Shown here piece after piece: positions 1 to 12,460 of a stretch of DNA of 64,000 nt (within the stretch, counting starts at the first letter, position 1; each line of letters opens with the position of its first letter). The stretch is from assembly GCA_002104905.1 (NCBI GenBank), contig MCFE01000091.1, positions 112,313 through 176,312 on the forward strand, given 5' to 3'. Under the pieces are notes generated by a model that worked only from the letters and a program-made list of their open reading frames with translations, did not search any database and was not told the DNA's origin. Made by a program: the position numbers and the translations under genes. Origin of the DNA: Basidiobolus meristosporus CBS 931.73. Taxonomy: Eukaryota > Fungi > Basidiobolomycota.

Positions 1-1037
1 CTTTCCAAATGGGGATTGGCAGGAAACTATATGTATATGGATCATCTACAAGGTTTTACCAATCCAACAGGCCCCATGAGGTGTGCAGATATTAGAAACT
101 GCTGTATCAGCATAGGCAGGCACCTAGAGCATGATATATCAAGATTGAGACATACCTAGAGCAGATTGAGCTCATTTGTAGCACTGCAGATCACAGTTTA
201 TGTGTGAAACAGCTCAAAAAGGGTATGAACATCCTGGTCCTTTATGCAGACAACCAAATAATAGCTACAGGTGACCAGGAGGCACTAAAACAATAAAAGA
301 TTGAGCAAATCTGAGCCAGTTTAGGTGAAAATGGCTCAAGTATGGACCAAAACTTGCCCTATCAGCAAATTATTGGTAGCCCAATGTTCTTCATGGTGTC
401 TACAAATCTAGATTTTGCAGTAGCTTATGGAAAAGTCAGTCAATCCATGCAGACATATGGATCAGATCAAATTAGAGCAGTTAAGCAGATTTTCAGATAT
501 CTGCAAGGTACCATAAATATGGTACTGTAATATTCTGAAGCAGCTAATAAGCATAAGTTTGATTTCCATAGTAATTCAGATTGTAGAAGGGATTTGATTG
601 ACCAACACTCTACTGCTGGGTATGTATTACTTTATGATGGTGAGGCTATTACTTGGAAATACAAGTAACAACCATCTGTGGCCCTATCTACAATTGAAGC
701 TGAATATACGGCTCTTTTGCAAGCAGCTAAGGAGGCTATATGGCTACAGAAATTATTCAAAGACTTGGGCTTTAGTCCAGATGAGCCAATATGTATTTAC
801 AAATATAATTAAAGTTGTATTTCATTAGCTATAAGTCCTACTAATCATACCAGAGTTAAGCACATATATGTACATTGCCACTTTGTGAGGGAAGCTGTTT
901 AAAATAGCAAAGTAGAGTTGGCTTACTATCCAGTTGACAAAGTGGTGGAAAATATATTGACAAAACCATTAGCTAGACCACAACTTGAGAATCTCAGAGA
1001 GGAATTAGGATTAAGAAATTATTTAGTTGAGGGAGAG
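1..1037 (+). mobile_element. Degenerate Ty1/Copia 3' internal region (RT/RNase H) ending in a polypurine tract
   Basis: ORFs 342-530 (YQQIIGSPMF..DFAVAYGKVSQ) and 598-828 resemble the Copia RT/RNase H of the intact element at 17603-18451; multiple stops; PPT GAGGGAGAG at 1029-1037 directly precedes an LTR. Confidence 0.85.
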
Positions 1038-1406
1038 TGTTGAAATATTGGACTATTTAGTATCATTCAGCAGTTAAAAATCACTTAACAACTCTAGATT
1101 AGTCTCAGTCACTGTAGGACTAATTTACAGTCCCAACTCTGCCAGTTCCTTCAGGTCTATGATCTTGTGATTATTCCACTTTGGTCAAGAGCAAATTAAC
1201 AATTTCTACCAAACATTATTTATTAGCTCCAAAAATATTACCAAATACCCCTAAATGTTGAGAAACCCTCCTTGAGTAGTGTTACAGCTGTAATACATCT
1301 ACAAAGGTATAAATACTGACCTACTTTATCATTATACTACAGTTCAACTAAAATCACTATTTCTTGATAAGTTCCTTATTTTCAAATCACTTTTTAAAAT
1401 GCAACA
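1038..1406 (+). mobile_element. 3' LTR of a Copia element (family distinct from the 349-bp LTR)
   Basis: TGTTG...CAACA termini, 369 bp, immediately after the PPT. Confidence 0.75.
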
Positions 1407-1900
1407 GAAACATGGAGGATGAACTTCAAGAAGACTCAGAGCTCACCTCACATATCATAGAGGCATTTTGATCCCAAATGACTTCAAACTCAGAAAGCTA
1501 TTATACTTGAATGGAGTAATCAATGGTAACCTGCCAGGATTATGTTTGACACAGGAGTATTGCATGAGTCTACATCAGAGCAATTTGTCTTGAATGCTGG
1601 AATCAACTCAGAGCCCACCAAAGCAACTTAAGTCTCAAAAGCGGATGGGAACCCTTACTTAATCAATCATAATACTCTGCCAGTAAGAATAAAGATCAAT
1701 GACTATGAAGAAGACCTCTAGGTCTACATACCTGGGAACTGCAAATTTGATCATGTACTTGGGAAAACATGGCTATTCTGCTGTAATCCATCAATTAACT
1801 GGAGAACCATGCCACCCCAATCCAAAGAGACAACAATACTGATCAGGTCTTACCTGCCAGACTGGATTCAGATTGACCAACTACAGTTTGTGTAAAAATA
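1407..1900 (+). mobile_element. Gypsy protease-region fragment
   Basis: Nucleotide similarity to 3235-3600 (gaagaagactcagaactcacc...; FDTG/IDSG protease motif region), with stops. Confidence 0.75.
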
Positions 1901-1930
1901 TTGAACTTAGCAAAATTCATATCCATGGGG

Positions 1931-4900
1931 TGTTATGATCTACCACTTGAATGTTTAGGTTAGATCAGCTTTTAGTCAAATCAATTAGTTATATGGTAAG
2001 CCTATCAGTAAATCAGTGTTATCTATCAAATCAGTAGTATTAGTCAGCAAATGAAAGATCAGATCCTTATCAGACAGAAATAGGTATATTATGCAGGATC
2101 TTATTGGGTGATGATAATGCAATCAAATGACTCATCAGTTACAACCTACATTAGGCAATACAATTAGTCAGCAATTGATTTGGCAAAATGTATGTAAGGA
2201 GCTGCTGGAACCTCAATACAAATCAGTTCAAGTTTTTGTGATTACAATACTGGCTAAACTCTGCTTTCCTCTACAACTCTTATATCAAGACTTGTAACAT
2301 TGGTAGCAGCAATAATCAGAAACTTCCCCAAGAAAGAAGCAGCCTTCCTCAAGATGTTCAATAATGAAGTATGGAAGAATACTATGCAGCAGATCCTGGC
2401 CCAGCAGCAGCAGTTACTCCAGATCCTTAGCCAGCTACAGCAAGTAATGACTACCATGGCCCAAAGCCAGCAAAACCCTGTCAGTAGCAACTTTGGTGTG
2501 AAGGTCAAAGAGTACCATGGTAAAGTCAATGAAGACATGGGAACCTGGCTCTTTCAGATTGGAGAAGCTTTCAAGGCTGGGGGAGTTGCTGCAGAAATAA
2601 GTTACATTATGCAGCCTCTTACCTGGCAGATTCAGCTTTACAGTGGTACTATTACTAGATCAGCTCAGCCACCATGATGGGATGCTCTACAATCTCTACC
2701 TGGGGTGAGTTTGTGCTGGAAATTCAGATTGCTTTTGAACATCAACACCAGCAGTCACTGCCAAGAAGAAAGTTGAAGACACTCTGAAAGAAAGGAATGA
2801 TTCAAGAGTACTTCTATTAATATAAATATCTACTTGGTCATATTGAAAGAATGAACCCCTGGATCAAGTGGAATACTTTATTGATTGATTGAAATATAGA
2901 ACTTGCAAAGAAGTGAATTATCAAAGACATCAGACAATTGAAGAAGCCATCAAGATTGCTGTTGACTATGACTCAGCTATGTTTGGAGTTGGGGAGCCCA
3001 CAAAGACTAATCAGAGAGGCTACAATCACAATGAAAGAAGACAATCAGAAGCAGTGCCAATGGATATAGATTCTATGCAGAAGAATTCTCCCACTGAAGA
3101 ATGCAAGAAAAAAGGAATTTGCTATAATTGCCACCAGCAGGAAAATATTGCAAAGTGCTGCCATTGGGGGAGAAACAGTCACTAGCCATCAAGAACCTTC
3201 AACCATGTTGAGACCCTTGAGCATAGTAACATTTGGGGATGAGCTTGAAGAAGACTCAGAACTCACCTTCCATATGACAGAAGAATACCTATCCCAGATG
3301 GCCTTGAACACAGGAAAGCTACTATATTTGAATGGAGTAATTGATGGAGTGCCTGCCAAGATTGTGATTGACTCAGGAGCATTGCATGAGTACATGTCAG
3401 AGCAATTTGCTTTGAAGGCTGGAATCAACTTGGAAACCAACAAATCAACTTTATTGCCAACAGCAGAAGGGAACTCTCATATAATCAACTATATTACACA
3501 GCTACTGAGGATAAAGATCAATAACTATGAAGATGACCTATATGCCTATATGTTTGGGAACTGCAGGTTTGACCTTTTACCTGGAAAAATCTAGCTAATC
3601 CTTCCACTCCAGCACCCCAGAAGGTCCCGGCCCCCTTGAAGGAACATTCAGATGTATTCCCAGATGAACTTGCAAACCTACCACAAGTCAGAAATGTATA
3701 TCATGCCATTAACACAAGAGATAGCACACCAGTGAGTAAGACACCTTACAGAATGAGTCCATTGAAGTTGGAAGGGATGAAGAGATAAGTTGATCATTTA
3801 TTAGAGCAAGGATATATCAGACCCAGCAAGTCACCTAGGGGAGCACCAGTGCTTTTGTGAAAAAGAAGGATGGAGAACTTAGACTGTGCATTAATTACAG
3901 AGACCTCAACTTGGTTACCATGAAGAATAAGTACCCTATTCCTTGGATTGATGAGCTTTTGAACTAACTCTATGGAGCTGCCATATCCTGAAAGATTGGC
4001 CTTATAACAGGATACTATCAGATTAGGGTGAGACAGAAGTCATCCCTAAGACAGCATTCAGGACTAGTTATGGATATTGCAAGTACTTAGTCATCAGTTT
4101 TGGCCTTGCCAATGCCCTTGCAACATTCATGGCCTTGTTGTAGACTGTCTTACAGGAGTACTTTGAAAAGATTGTGATAATCTACCTAGATGACATACTG
4201 ATATACACCAGGACAGAAGAGGATCACTTGATCCACATTGAAAAGGTCTTGAAGAAGGTAAGAGAGAACAAGCTATATGGAAAGCTGCCCAAATGCAAAT
4301 TCTTCAAGGAACAAATTGAATATCTGGGACACATAGTGACTAGTGCAGGAGTGATCTTAGACCATAAGAAGGCTAAAGTTATCAAGAATCTCAAGCATCC
4401 CTATAGCATAATAGAACTCAGATCATTCCATGGAATGGTCTCCTTTTGTTGGAGATTTGTCAAGTCCTTTGCAAGTATTGCAGCCCCTTTGACCAATATC
4501 CTCAAGAAAGACAACACCTTCAAGTGGGACAAAGCCTGTGAGACTGCCTCTTAGACTCTCAAAAATGAACTTGCTAAACTGCCACACTTAAGAATACCTG
4601 ACTTCAGAGAGAGTTTACTTTGAGCACAGATGCTTCAGATTATGCAATTGGGGGAGTGTTGAGCCAAGAACACAAGGGAAAGGACTGCCCAGCTGCCTCT
4701 GAATACAAGAAACTGAACTCAGCAGAACAGAACTTTCCAGTGCAGGAGAAGGAGATGTTTGCTATAATTCACTGCTTGAAGACATGGAGATGCTATATAG
4801 AAGGAGCCATATGCACTGTGACAACTGATCATGCCTCCCTCAAATATATATTTACTCAGAAGGTACTCTGCAGAAGTATGACAAGAAGGAGTGAATAAAC

Positions 4901-6835
4901 TCAGCAATTTGATTTGGAGATTGTCCACTGCCCCAGGAAAAACAACACTTATGACTTATGGGATATAGCCAGCGCAACTGCCTTATGGATGCTCAAGAAG
5001 GAACTTGCTAAGCCACCAAGTTTAGGAATACCAGACTTCAGAAAAGTGTTTACTTTATGCACAGCTGCTTCAGACTATGCAATTGATAGAGTACTGAGCC
5101 AAGAACATGAGGGAAAGGACTAACCAAGTGCATTTGAGTAGAATAAACTGCACCAAGCAGAATAAAGCAATTCAGTGCATGAAAAGGAGATACTTTCCAT
5201 AATACACTGCTTGAAGACCTGGAGATATTGCATTGAAGGAGTCAGGTGCAAACTGTCCATGCCTCACTCAAGTATACATTGGACTTGTTCCATCATTCCA
5301 GCTGATCATAGTGCCCAATTGTGCCATAGCATGCCAGATGGAGCATCATCATGCCACAGAGTGCCGGATGCGCCATACAGTGCCAATTTGGGATCAAAAT
5401 TGACATGCATATGACCCTAAAATATCAAATTAATAACAAGATATACAGCACTTTCTGGCACTATGATCAATGGCACAATGGAACAAGTCTATTTACTCAG
5501 AAGGTACTATCAGAAGAATGTCAAGATGGAGTGGATAAATTCAGCAATTTGACTTGCAGATTGTCTACTGTCCTGGGAAAAGCAATACAGTTGCTGATGC
5601 CTTATCAAGATTAGAACAAGTTGCACAACGCAACCTGGTGCATGTATTGGATTGGCCTAGCTTATTACGAAAGTACTTGGATGACTAAGCCATTCATAAT
5701 GAGTTAGATGAAGAGATTAACAAGAAAATCCAGGATGAAGCCAGCAAACCATTAATACAGGATTGAAAACTCCACCAAATTGTTGATGGAAGCCATATTG
5801 CCTATTGCCCTTATGTTGCTTGCCTAGATTTGATGCATAAGCTACACAAGGTATATGGACATCTTTGAATTGAAAGAACTTATAGCTGTGGGAATGCCAG
5901 AGCATGGTGTCCAAGAATGAAGCAAGATATTGAGAAGCTAGTGATAAAATGTCCAAATTGCCAAAACAACCAAGACAACCACTAAGAGTTATTTACTCTT
6001 TCTCCTGGAGCCTGTAGGATCATTTGAGAGATGAGGAACTGACTTTACTGGAAGACTGCCAACCACTAGGAAATACAACTTTTGGATACTAGTAGGAATT
6101 GAACATGCCACTATATGAACCATGGTGAAAGCAGTACCTGTAGCCATTGAACAAGAAGTTATAGTATGTATCTACCAAAAGATCCTTACAAAGCTTAGAT
6201 GCCCTGTAAAAACTTCATCCAATTGAGGAGCAAGCTTTGTGGCAAAGACGTTGGAAGTTTAGCTAGAAACAAGGCAGATCAAACACTTAACAACCCTGGC
6301 ATATCACCCTAGAACTAATGGAGTCACTGAGAGGTTTAATTGATTATTTGGAAAAGCACTGACCAAGTATGCAAATGCAGCAGTCAGTAGATGGGATGAG
6401 TATTTGGACTAAGCACTTCTTGCCTGCTGACTCAGAGTGCATACCATCACCAAACAATAGCCATTTTACTTGGTGTATGGATGCAAAACAAGGATCCCTG
6501 GAGATCTAACACAACCAAAGCTTACAGATGCCTCAGAAGATGAGCTCAGCCAGCCAAGTAGATACCAGCAGCTGAAACAAAGATATCAGGAGGCACAGGT
6601 CAAAGTATTGCAAAGTGATACAAAGTCAAAGCAGAGATATAATAAAATTATATCACCAGAAGCATTGATAGTGGGCATATTTGTATTGCTGAGAACAACA
6701 CTTGGAAGAAGTTTGAGCCACTGTGGACAGGATGTTTCAAAATCATTAGAGAATGTCTTTTGGAACTTGTCAACTAGTGGACAAGCAAGATATTACCTGG
6801 GAAGATTTAGTGATAGTTACCATCCTGGATAGCCA
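1931..6835 (+). mobile_element. Degenerate Ty3/Gypsy element (5' LTR 1931-2299, PBS, gag, protease, RT, RNase H, integrase), 3'-truncated
   Basis: LTR TGTTA...TAACA matches the reverse-complement LTR at 8240-8609; TGGTAGCAGC right after the LTR; gag with CCHC knuckle (CYNCHQQENIAKC), protease IDSGA, RT YLDD (4174-4554), RNase H TDASDYAIGGVL, integrase ..HPRTNG..; many stops and frameshifts. Confidence 0.92.
5281..5490. mobile_element. 210-bp MITE, PIF/Harbinger (Tourist)-like
   Basis: TIRs GACTTGTTCCAT/ATGGAACAAGTC plus subterminal TGATCATAGTGCC/GGCACTATGATCA; 3-bp TSD ATT (5278-5280, 5491-5493); removing it restores the Gypsy sequence seen at 4838-4860; second copy at 25850-26060. Confidence 0.85.
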
Positions 6836-7960
6836 GCAGACAGGTTTCACACCCTTGTAGCAGCCCTAGAGTCCAGAACTGAAGACATGACCTTGTCACA
6901 TATACGGACAGCCTTTGGATGAAGAATTAAGAAAATTAAGCACCAACACAAAGGAAAATGAATATGCTTCAATAAGCAATGATAACAACCAAAGGAGATA
7001 CTTATGACCCTTGTAAGGCAAGAGCAACCTGTCATGTAACTGTTGCAAAACAAAAGGACACACATTGGGGTGGTAGCGCAAAAAGTGAAATAATCAGCAA
7101 TAAAATCCTAAATATGGAAATGCTGCAATAATTCAAAAACAGAATAAAAGAATAATCATATCTGCACTCAATTTGACCACAAACAAGGACTCCCAGACAT
7201 GTTGTATCAACTCTGGAGCGTTTCAACGCTTTACTCCTCAAAAACAACTTTGGAAATCAGTCATAATTTGAGCCAAAAAGTATAAAATGCTTATTTTTAG
7301 GCTAATGCAATAAGAGTAGGGCATACTGACTCAAAAATACCAAAGCAAAGAAGCTGCGTATATTGAGACCTACATACTGGTATCCAAGTTTATTTCTTTC
7401 AGACTTATATTGACTATTGCAGCCAAATATAAGCACTATATATATCAGATGGATGTAAAAGTGCATTTTAGAATGGAGAACTCAATGAGGATGTGTATAT
7501 GAACCAACCTGATGTGTTTGCTGATCAAGATAATCCCATTTGGTCTGCAAGTTTATAATATCTCTGAATGGATTCAAGCAAACACCCAGAGCCTGGAATT
7601 GCAAGATAGATTCTTATTTGGAATTTTTGAGTTTCGGAAGGAGTGATGCTGACTATTATATTTACTATAAGCCAGATAGTCCAGATCCTGCTTTATGAGC
7701 TTTACATTTGGATGATCCTATTATAGCTCCTAATAACCTAGAAATATCAGAAGAAGCTAAATCCAATTTATCTAAAGAGTTCAACATATTTAGTCTAGGG
7801 GAACTCAGTTACTACTTACAGATAAAGTTTTCTATAAACAGTTGTACCCAGACTATCACCCTGAGCCAATCCTGTGAACAAGCAGATACCCCAATAGAGA
7901 AAAACCTTCACTTAGTCAAAGCCAAAACAAATCAATAGAGTCACTGATATCATCATCTTC
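6836..7960 (+). mobile_element. Internally deleted, degenerate Copia fragment (gag, integrase 3' end, RT pieces)
   Basis: Collinear similarity to 14395-14800, 15880-15980 and 16540-17960 of the full-length Copia. Confidence 0.8.
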
Positions 7961-7974
7961 ATATCCTAGAGAAT

Positions 7975-8239
7975 CCTGACTAATTTTTTTGTTGGGACTT
8001 ACTTCAAATCTTTTTACCAAGACATCAGGTACCCATAACATTAAAATTCTCAAAATCATCCAAATAGTCCCAAACTTTGCACACATATTCTTAGGATCTT
8101 CCTAAGCATTTTCTATGTGTTTTCTATGCCAAGACCATGCAAAGGTCTTAATACTTTCTTTACATCAAATAAATCATCAAGTGAAAATCATAAGACCTAC
8201 TTGTTCTCCCAATCACTTACAATATCTCCAAGACTTTTA
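7975..8239 (+). mobile_element. Truncated, diverged Copia LTR (349-bp family)
   Basis: Similar to 13610-13880; cut at its 3' end by the Gypsy LTR starting at 8240. Confidence 0.75.
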
Positions 8240-11200
8240 TGTTACAAGTCTTGATATAAGAGTTATAGAGGAAAAGGGAGTTTAGCTAGTATTGAATTCA
8301 CTAAAACTTGAACTACTTTTTATTGAGGTTCCAGCTGCTGCTTATATACATTTTTGCCAGATCAATTGCTGACTAACTGTATTTCCTAATGTAGGTTGTG
8401 GCTGATGACTCATTTGATTGCATCATCATCACCCAATAAGATCCTACTTAATATATCTATTCCTGTTTGATAAGGATCTGCTGAATCATCTGCTGACTAA
8501 TGCTACTGATTTAATTGATAACACTGATATACTGATAGGCTAATCATATAACTAATTGATTTGACTAAGAACAGATCTAACTTAAACATTCAAGCGGTAG
8601 TTCATAACATTCTCCCCTACTAAAGTTGAGAGGGTTCTCCTAAATCTCTATTCTTATGATACCAATATCTTGCTGGTTCAGTATTGTTGGCAAGTCTTGC
8701 AAGCTCAAGTCTGTCTCTATGAACTAAGTCTTCCCAGATATTTCCTTGTTTGTCCACTAGTTGGTAAGTTGCAAATGGACATTTTCTGATGATCCTAAGA
8801 TGACCCATTCATTGTGGCTCAAACATCTTCCAGGTATTGTTTCTCAGCAATACAAAGCTTCCAACTATCAATGATTCTGTTGATATAGTTGTGTCAAATC
8901 TCTGCTTCATCTTTTCTGCACTTTGAGATACTTTGGCCTGTGCCTGTTGATGTGTTTGTTTCAGCTGCTGGTGTCTACTTGGCTGACTGAACTCATCTTC
9001 TAAGGTGTCTGTAAGCTTTGGTTGTGTGAGATCTCTTGGAATTGTTGGTTTACATCTATACACTATGTAAAATAGCACTAAGTAAAATAGCAATTGTTGG
9101 GTGGTGTTGTGTACTCTAACACTGCATGCAAAGCATGCTTAGTCTACATACTCATCCCATCTACTAACAGCTCCACTTGTATACTTTGTCAGCATTTTTC
9201 CAAATAATCCACTAAGCTGCTCAGTGACTCCATTAGTTCTAGGGTGATATGCCAAGGTTTTCAAGTGTCTGATGTGCTGCATTTCCAGGTAAGCTTCCAA
9301 TGTCCTTGCCATAAATTTTGCACCTCTATGATATAGAATCTCTGCAGCGCATCCAAACATCATAAGGATATCCTGGTAGATGAAAACTGCAACTTCTTGC
9401 TCACTGGCTACAGGTACTGCTTTGGCCACAGGCTGTTTAATGGCATGGTCAATTGCTACTAGGATTCAACAGTTGCACTTCCCAGTAGTTGACAGTCTTC
9501 CAATAAAGTCAATTCCCCATCTTTCAAATGGTCCTATTGGCTCCAAGGGAAAGAGTTTGGCAATTCTCTGTGGTTGCCTTGGTTGATTTGGCAATTTGGG
9601 CATGTTTTCACTGGCTTCTCAATGTCTTGTTTCATTTTGGGCCATCATGCTCTGGCTTTCACAAGGCTATAGATTCCTTCAACTCCAAGATGAACATATC
9701 CATTGTGTAGATTATGTATTAAATCCAGGCAAGCAACATAAGGGTAATAGGCAATAGGGCTCCCATCAACAATTTGGTAGAGTGTTTCATCCTGTACCAC
9801 AAATTTGCTGGCTTCATCCCAGATTATCTTCTTGATCTCTTCATCCACCTCATTAGGAATGGCTTGGTCCTTCAAGTACTTTGGTTGTAGGCTAGGTCAA
9901 TCTGATTCATGCACCAAGTTAAGTTGTGCAACTTGTTCTAATCTTGATAAGGCATCAGCAACTGTGTTGTTTTTCACAGGGCAGTTGACAATCTCCAAAT
10001 TAAATTGCTGAATGTATTCACTCCTTCTTGTCTTTCTTCTAGAGAGTACCTTCCAAGCAAATATATACTTGAGGTGGGCATGGTCAGTCTTCATGGTGCA
10101 TTGGATCCTTCAATATAGCCTCTCGATGTCTTCAAGAAGTGTATCATAGCAAGCATCTCCTTCTCATGCACTGGATAGTTTTGTCAATGTGCACCATGTG
10201 ATCTTCTTCTGTCTTGCTCTATATCAATATGTCATCTACGTAGATTATCACAATCTTTTCAAAGTACTCCTGTTAGACAGTCTGCAACAGGGTCATGAAT
10301 GTTGCAAGGGCATTGATGAGGCCAAAACTGATGACTAAGTACTTGCAATATCCATATCTGGTCCTGCAAAAGAGTCTGGACCTTCTGGGGTACTGGAGTA
10401 GAGGAATCCTCCTGTAATACTGCCATGAGGAACATCTGGGTGCCTTTTCTAAGTGCTCTACAGAGCTGTGTCTTGCTAAGTTCACTTGTTTCACACACTC
10501 TGGAATTGACCCGGTTAAGATCTAGTCTGGCAGGTAATAGCACATAGGTCTTGTTGTACTGCTGGATCTGAGTAGCATAGGCTCTGCAGTGGATTGATGG
10601 ATTACAACAAAATAGCCTGATTTTTCCAAGTACAAGGTCAAACTTGCAGATCCCAAATATACAGGCCTGTAGGGCTTCTTCATTGCCATTGATCTGCATC
10701 CTTGCTGGCTCAGTAACATGGTTGATTATAAGAGAGCTCCCATCAGCTGTTGAGACTGAAGTTGATTTGGTGGGTCCCAAGTTGATTCCAGCTTTCAAAG
10801 CAAATTGCTCTGACATGTACTCATGCAATGCTCTTGAGTCAATCATGATCTTGGCAGGTACTCCATTGATTAGTTCATTGAAATATAATAGCTTTCCTGT
10901 GTTCAAGGCCATCTGGGATAGGTATTCTTTTGTCATATGGAAGGTGAGTTCTGAGTCTTCTTCAAGCTCACCCTCCATGTTACTATGCTCAAGCGCTTCA
11001 ATCTGGTTGAAGGCACTTGATGGCTGGTGTCCATTTCTTCTCTGAGGGCAGTACTTTGCAATATGTCCCTGCTGGTGGCAATTGAAGCAAAGTCCTTACT
11101 TCTTACATTCTTCTGAGGTAGGATTCTTCTGCATAGCATCTATTTCCATTGACACTGCTTCTGACTGTCTTCTTTCATAATGATTGTAGCTGCTTGGATT

Positions 11201-11535
11201 AGTCATTGTGAGCTTCCCAACTCCAATCATAGCTGAGTCACAGTCAATGGCAATCTTGATGGCTTCTTCAATAGTCTGGGGTCTTTGATAATTCACTTCC
11301 TTGCAAGTTCTTTCTTTCAACTAATCAGTAAAATATTCCACTTGATCCAGGGAGTCCATTCTTTGAATTTGTCTAAGTAGACATCTGTATTCACAGATGT
11401 ACTCTTGAACCATTCCTCTCTGTCTGAATGTCTTCAACTTTCTTCTTAGTAGTGTCTGCTAGTGTGGAGGTTCAAAAGCATTCTGAATTTCCAACACAAA
11501 CTCATCCCAGGTAGAGATTGTAGAGCATCCCATCA
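8240..11535 (-). mobile_element. Degenerate Ty3/Gypsy element, same family as 1931-6835, opposite strand (3' LTR 8240-8609)
   Basis: 370-bp LTR; PPT (TAGGGGAGAA on minus strand) at 8610-8619; integrase ORFs 8620-9875 (YHPRTNGVTEQL); RNase H end; protease IDSRA; gag 11096-11320; most of RT deleted; no 5' LTR. Confidence 0.9.
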
Positions 11536-11817
11536 TGGGAATGTATAAAAATGTATGGATTTTATGGAAAATGTGATAAAAGATGAATTTTTATCACAAA
11601 ACAAATAATTACCAACTGCAACATACCAATTATGTGATGATACAACAATGCTAACAAATGGAACAAACTATATGTTGTTTAATGTACAACAATTTTTCTA
11701 TTATATTTGTAGGAAGAAGAATACAGGCAAAAAGAAGGAGAAGGAGGAAAACAAGGTTTAGTAAGATAAACAGTTAAAACTAAAACAAGGGTTGCAGATA
11801 AATAAGGCAGTAGAAAC

Positions 11818-12054
11818 TGTTGTAAAAATTTGTATTTCCACCTAAATATTCACCTAACTTAGTCACTTAGATCATTACCCTCAAATCCTAGAGAATACTG
11901 ACCAAATTCCTTGTCGGGATTTACTTAGAATATTTTCACCAAAATACCAGGTACCCAGAACATGAAAATTCTCAAAGTTGTCTAAACAGCCCCAAACTTT
12001 GCACACATGTTCTTGGGACCTTCCTTAACCTATTCTACGTGTTTGTAATGCCAA
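11818..12054 (+). mobile_element. Copia solo LTR, 3'-truncated by a foldback element
   Basis: TGTTGTAAAAATTTG start, near-identical to 13539 onward; similarity stops at 12054. Confidence 0.85.
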
Positions 12055-12460
12055 ATCAATTTTTTAACCTTTTTTTTGGGATCAAAATTGAGCATGATGT
12101 AAAAGAGCACAGACAGACTGAAGATATACATCTGGTACATAATACCTATGGCACTCTAAGTCTAGCCCCACAGGCTTGTAGCATGTCACAAAAATGCATG
12201 GCACTATCTTGGTCCACTGGTACTATCTGGCACTATACTTAATTATTTGCCCTAAAGTAAGATCCATACAAAGCATTTATAGTACCAGATAGCACCAGTG
12301 GACCAAGATAGTACCATGCATTTTTGTGACATGGTACAAGCCACAGGAGCTAGATTCAGAGTGCCATGGGTATTGAGCACCTAATGCATGACTTCAATCC
12401 TTTTATGCTCTTACACATCCTGCACAAAACTGACCTAAAAAAAAGGTCAAAAAATGGATT
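12054..12460. repeat. Foldback (long inverted repeat) element
   Basis: Core arms 12182-12237 and 12278-12333 are reverse complements with 3 mismatches; looser complementarity extends to about 12055 and 12460; spacer about 40 bp. Confidence 0.85.
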
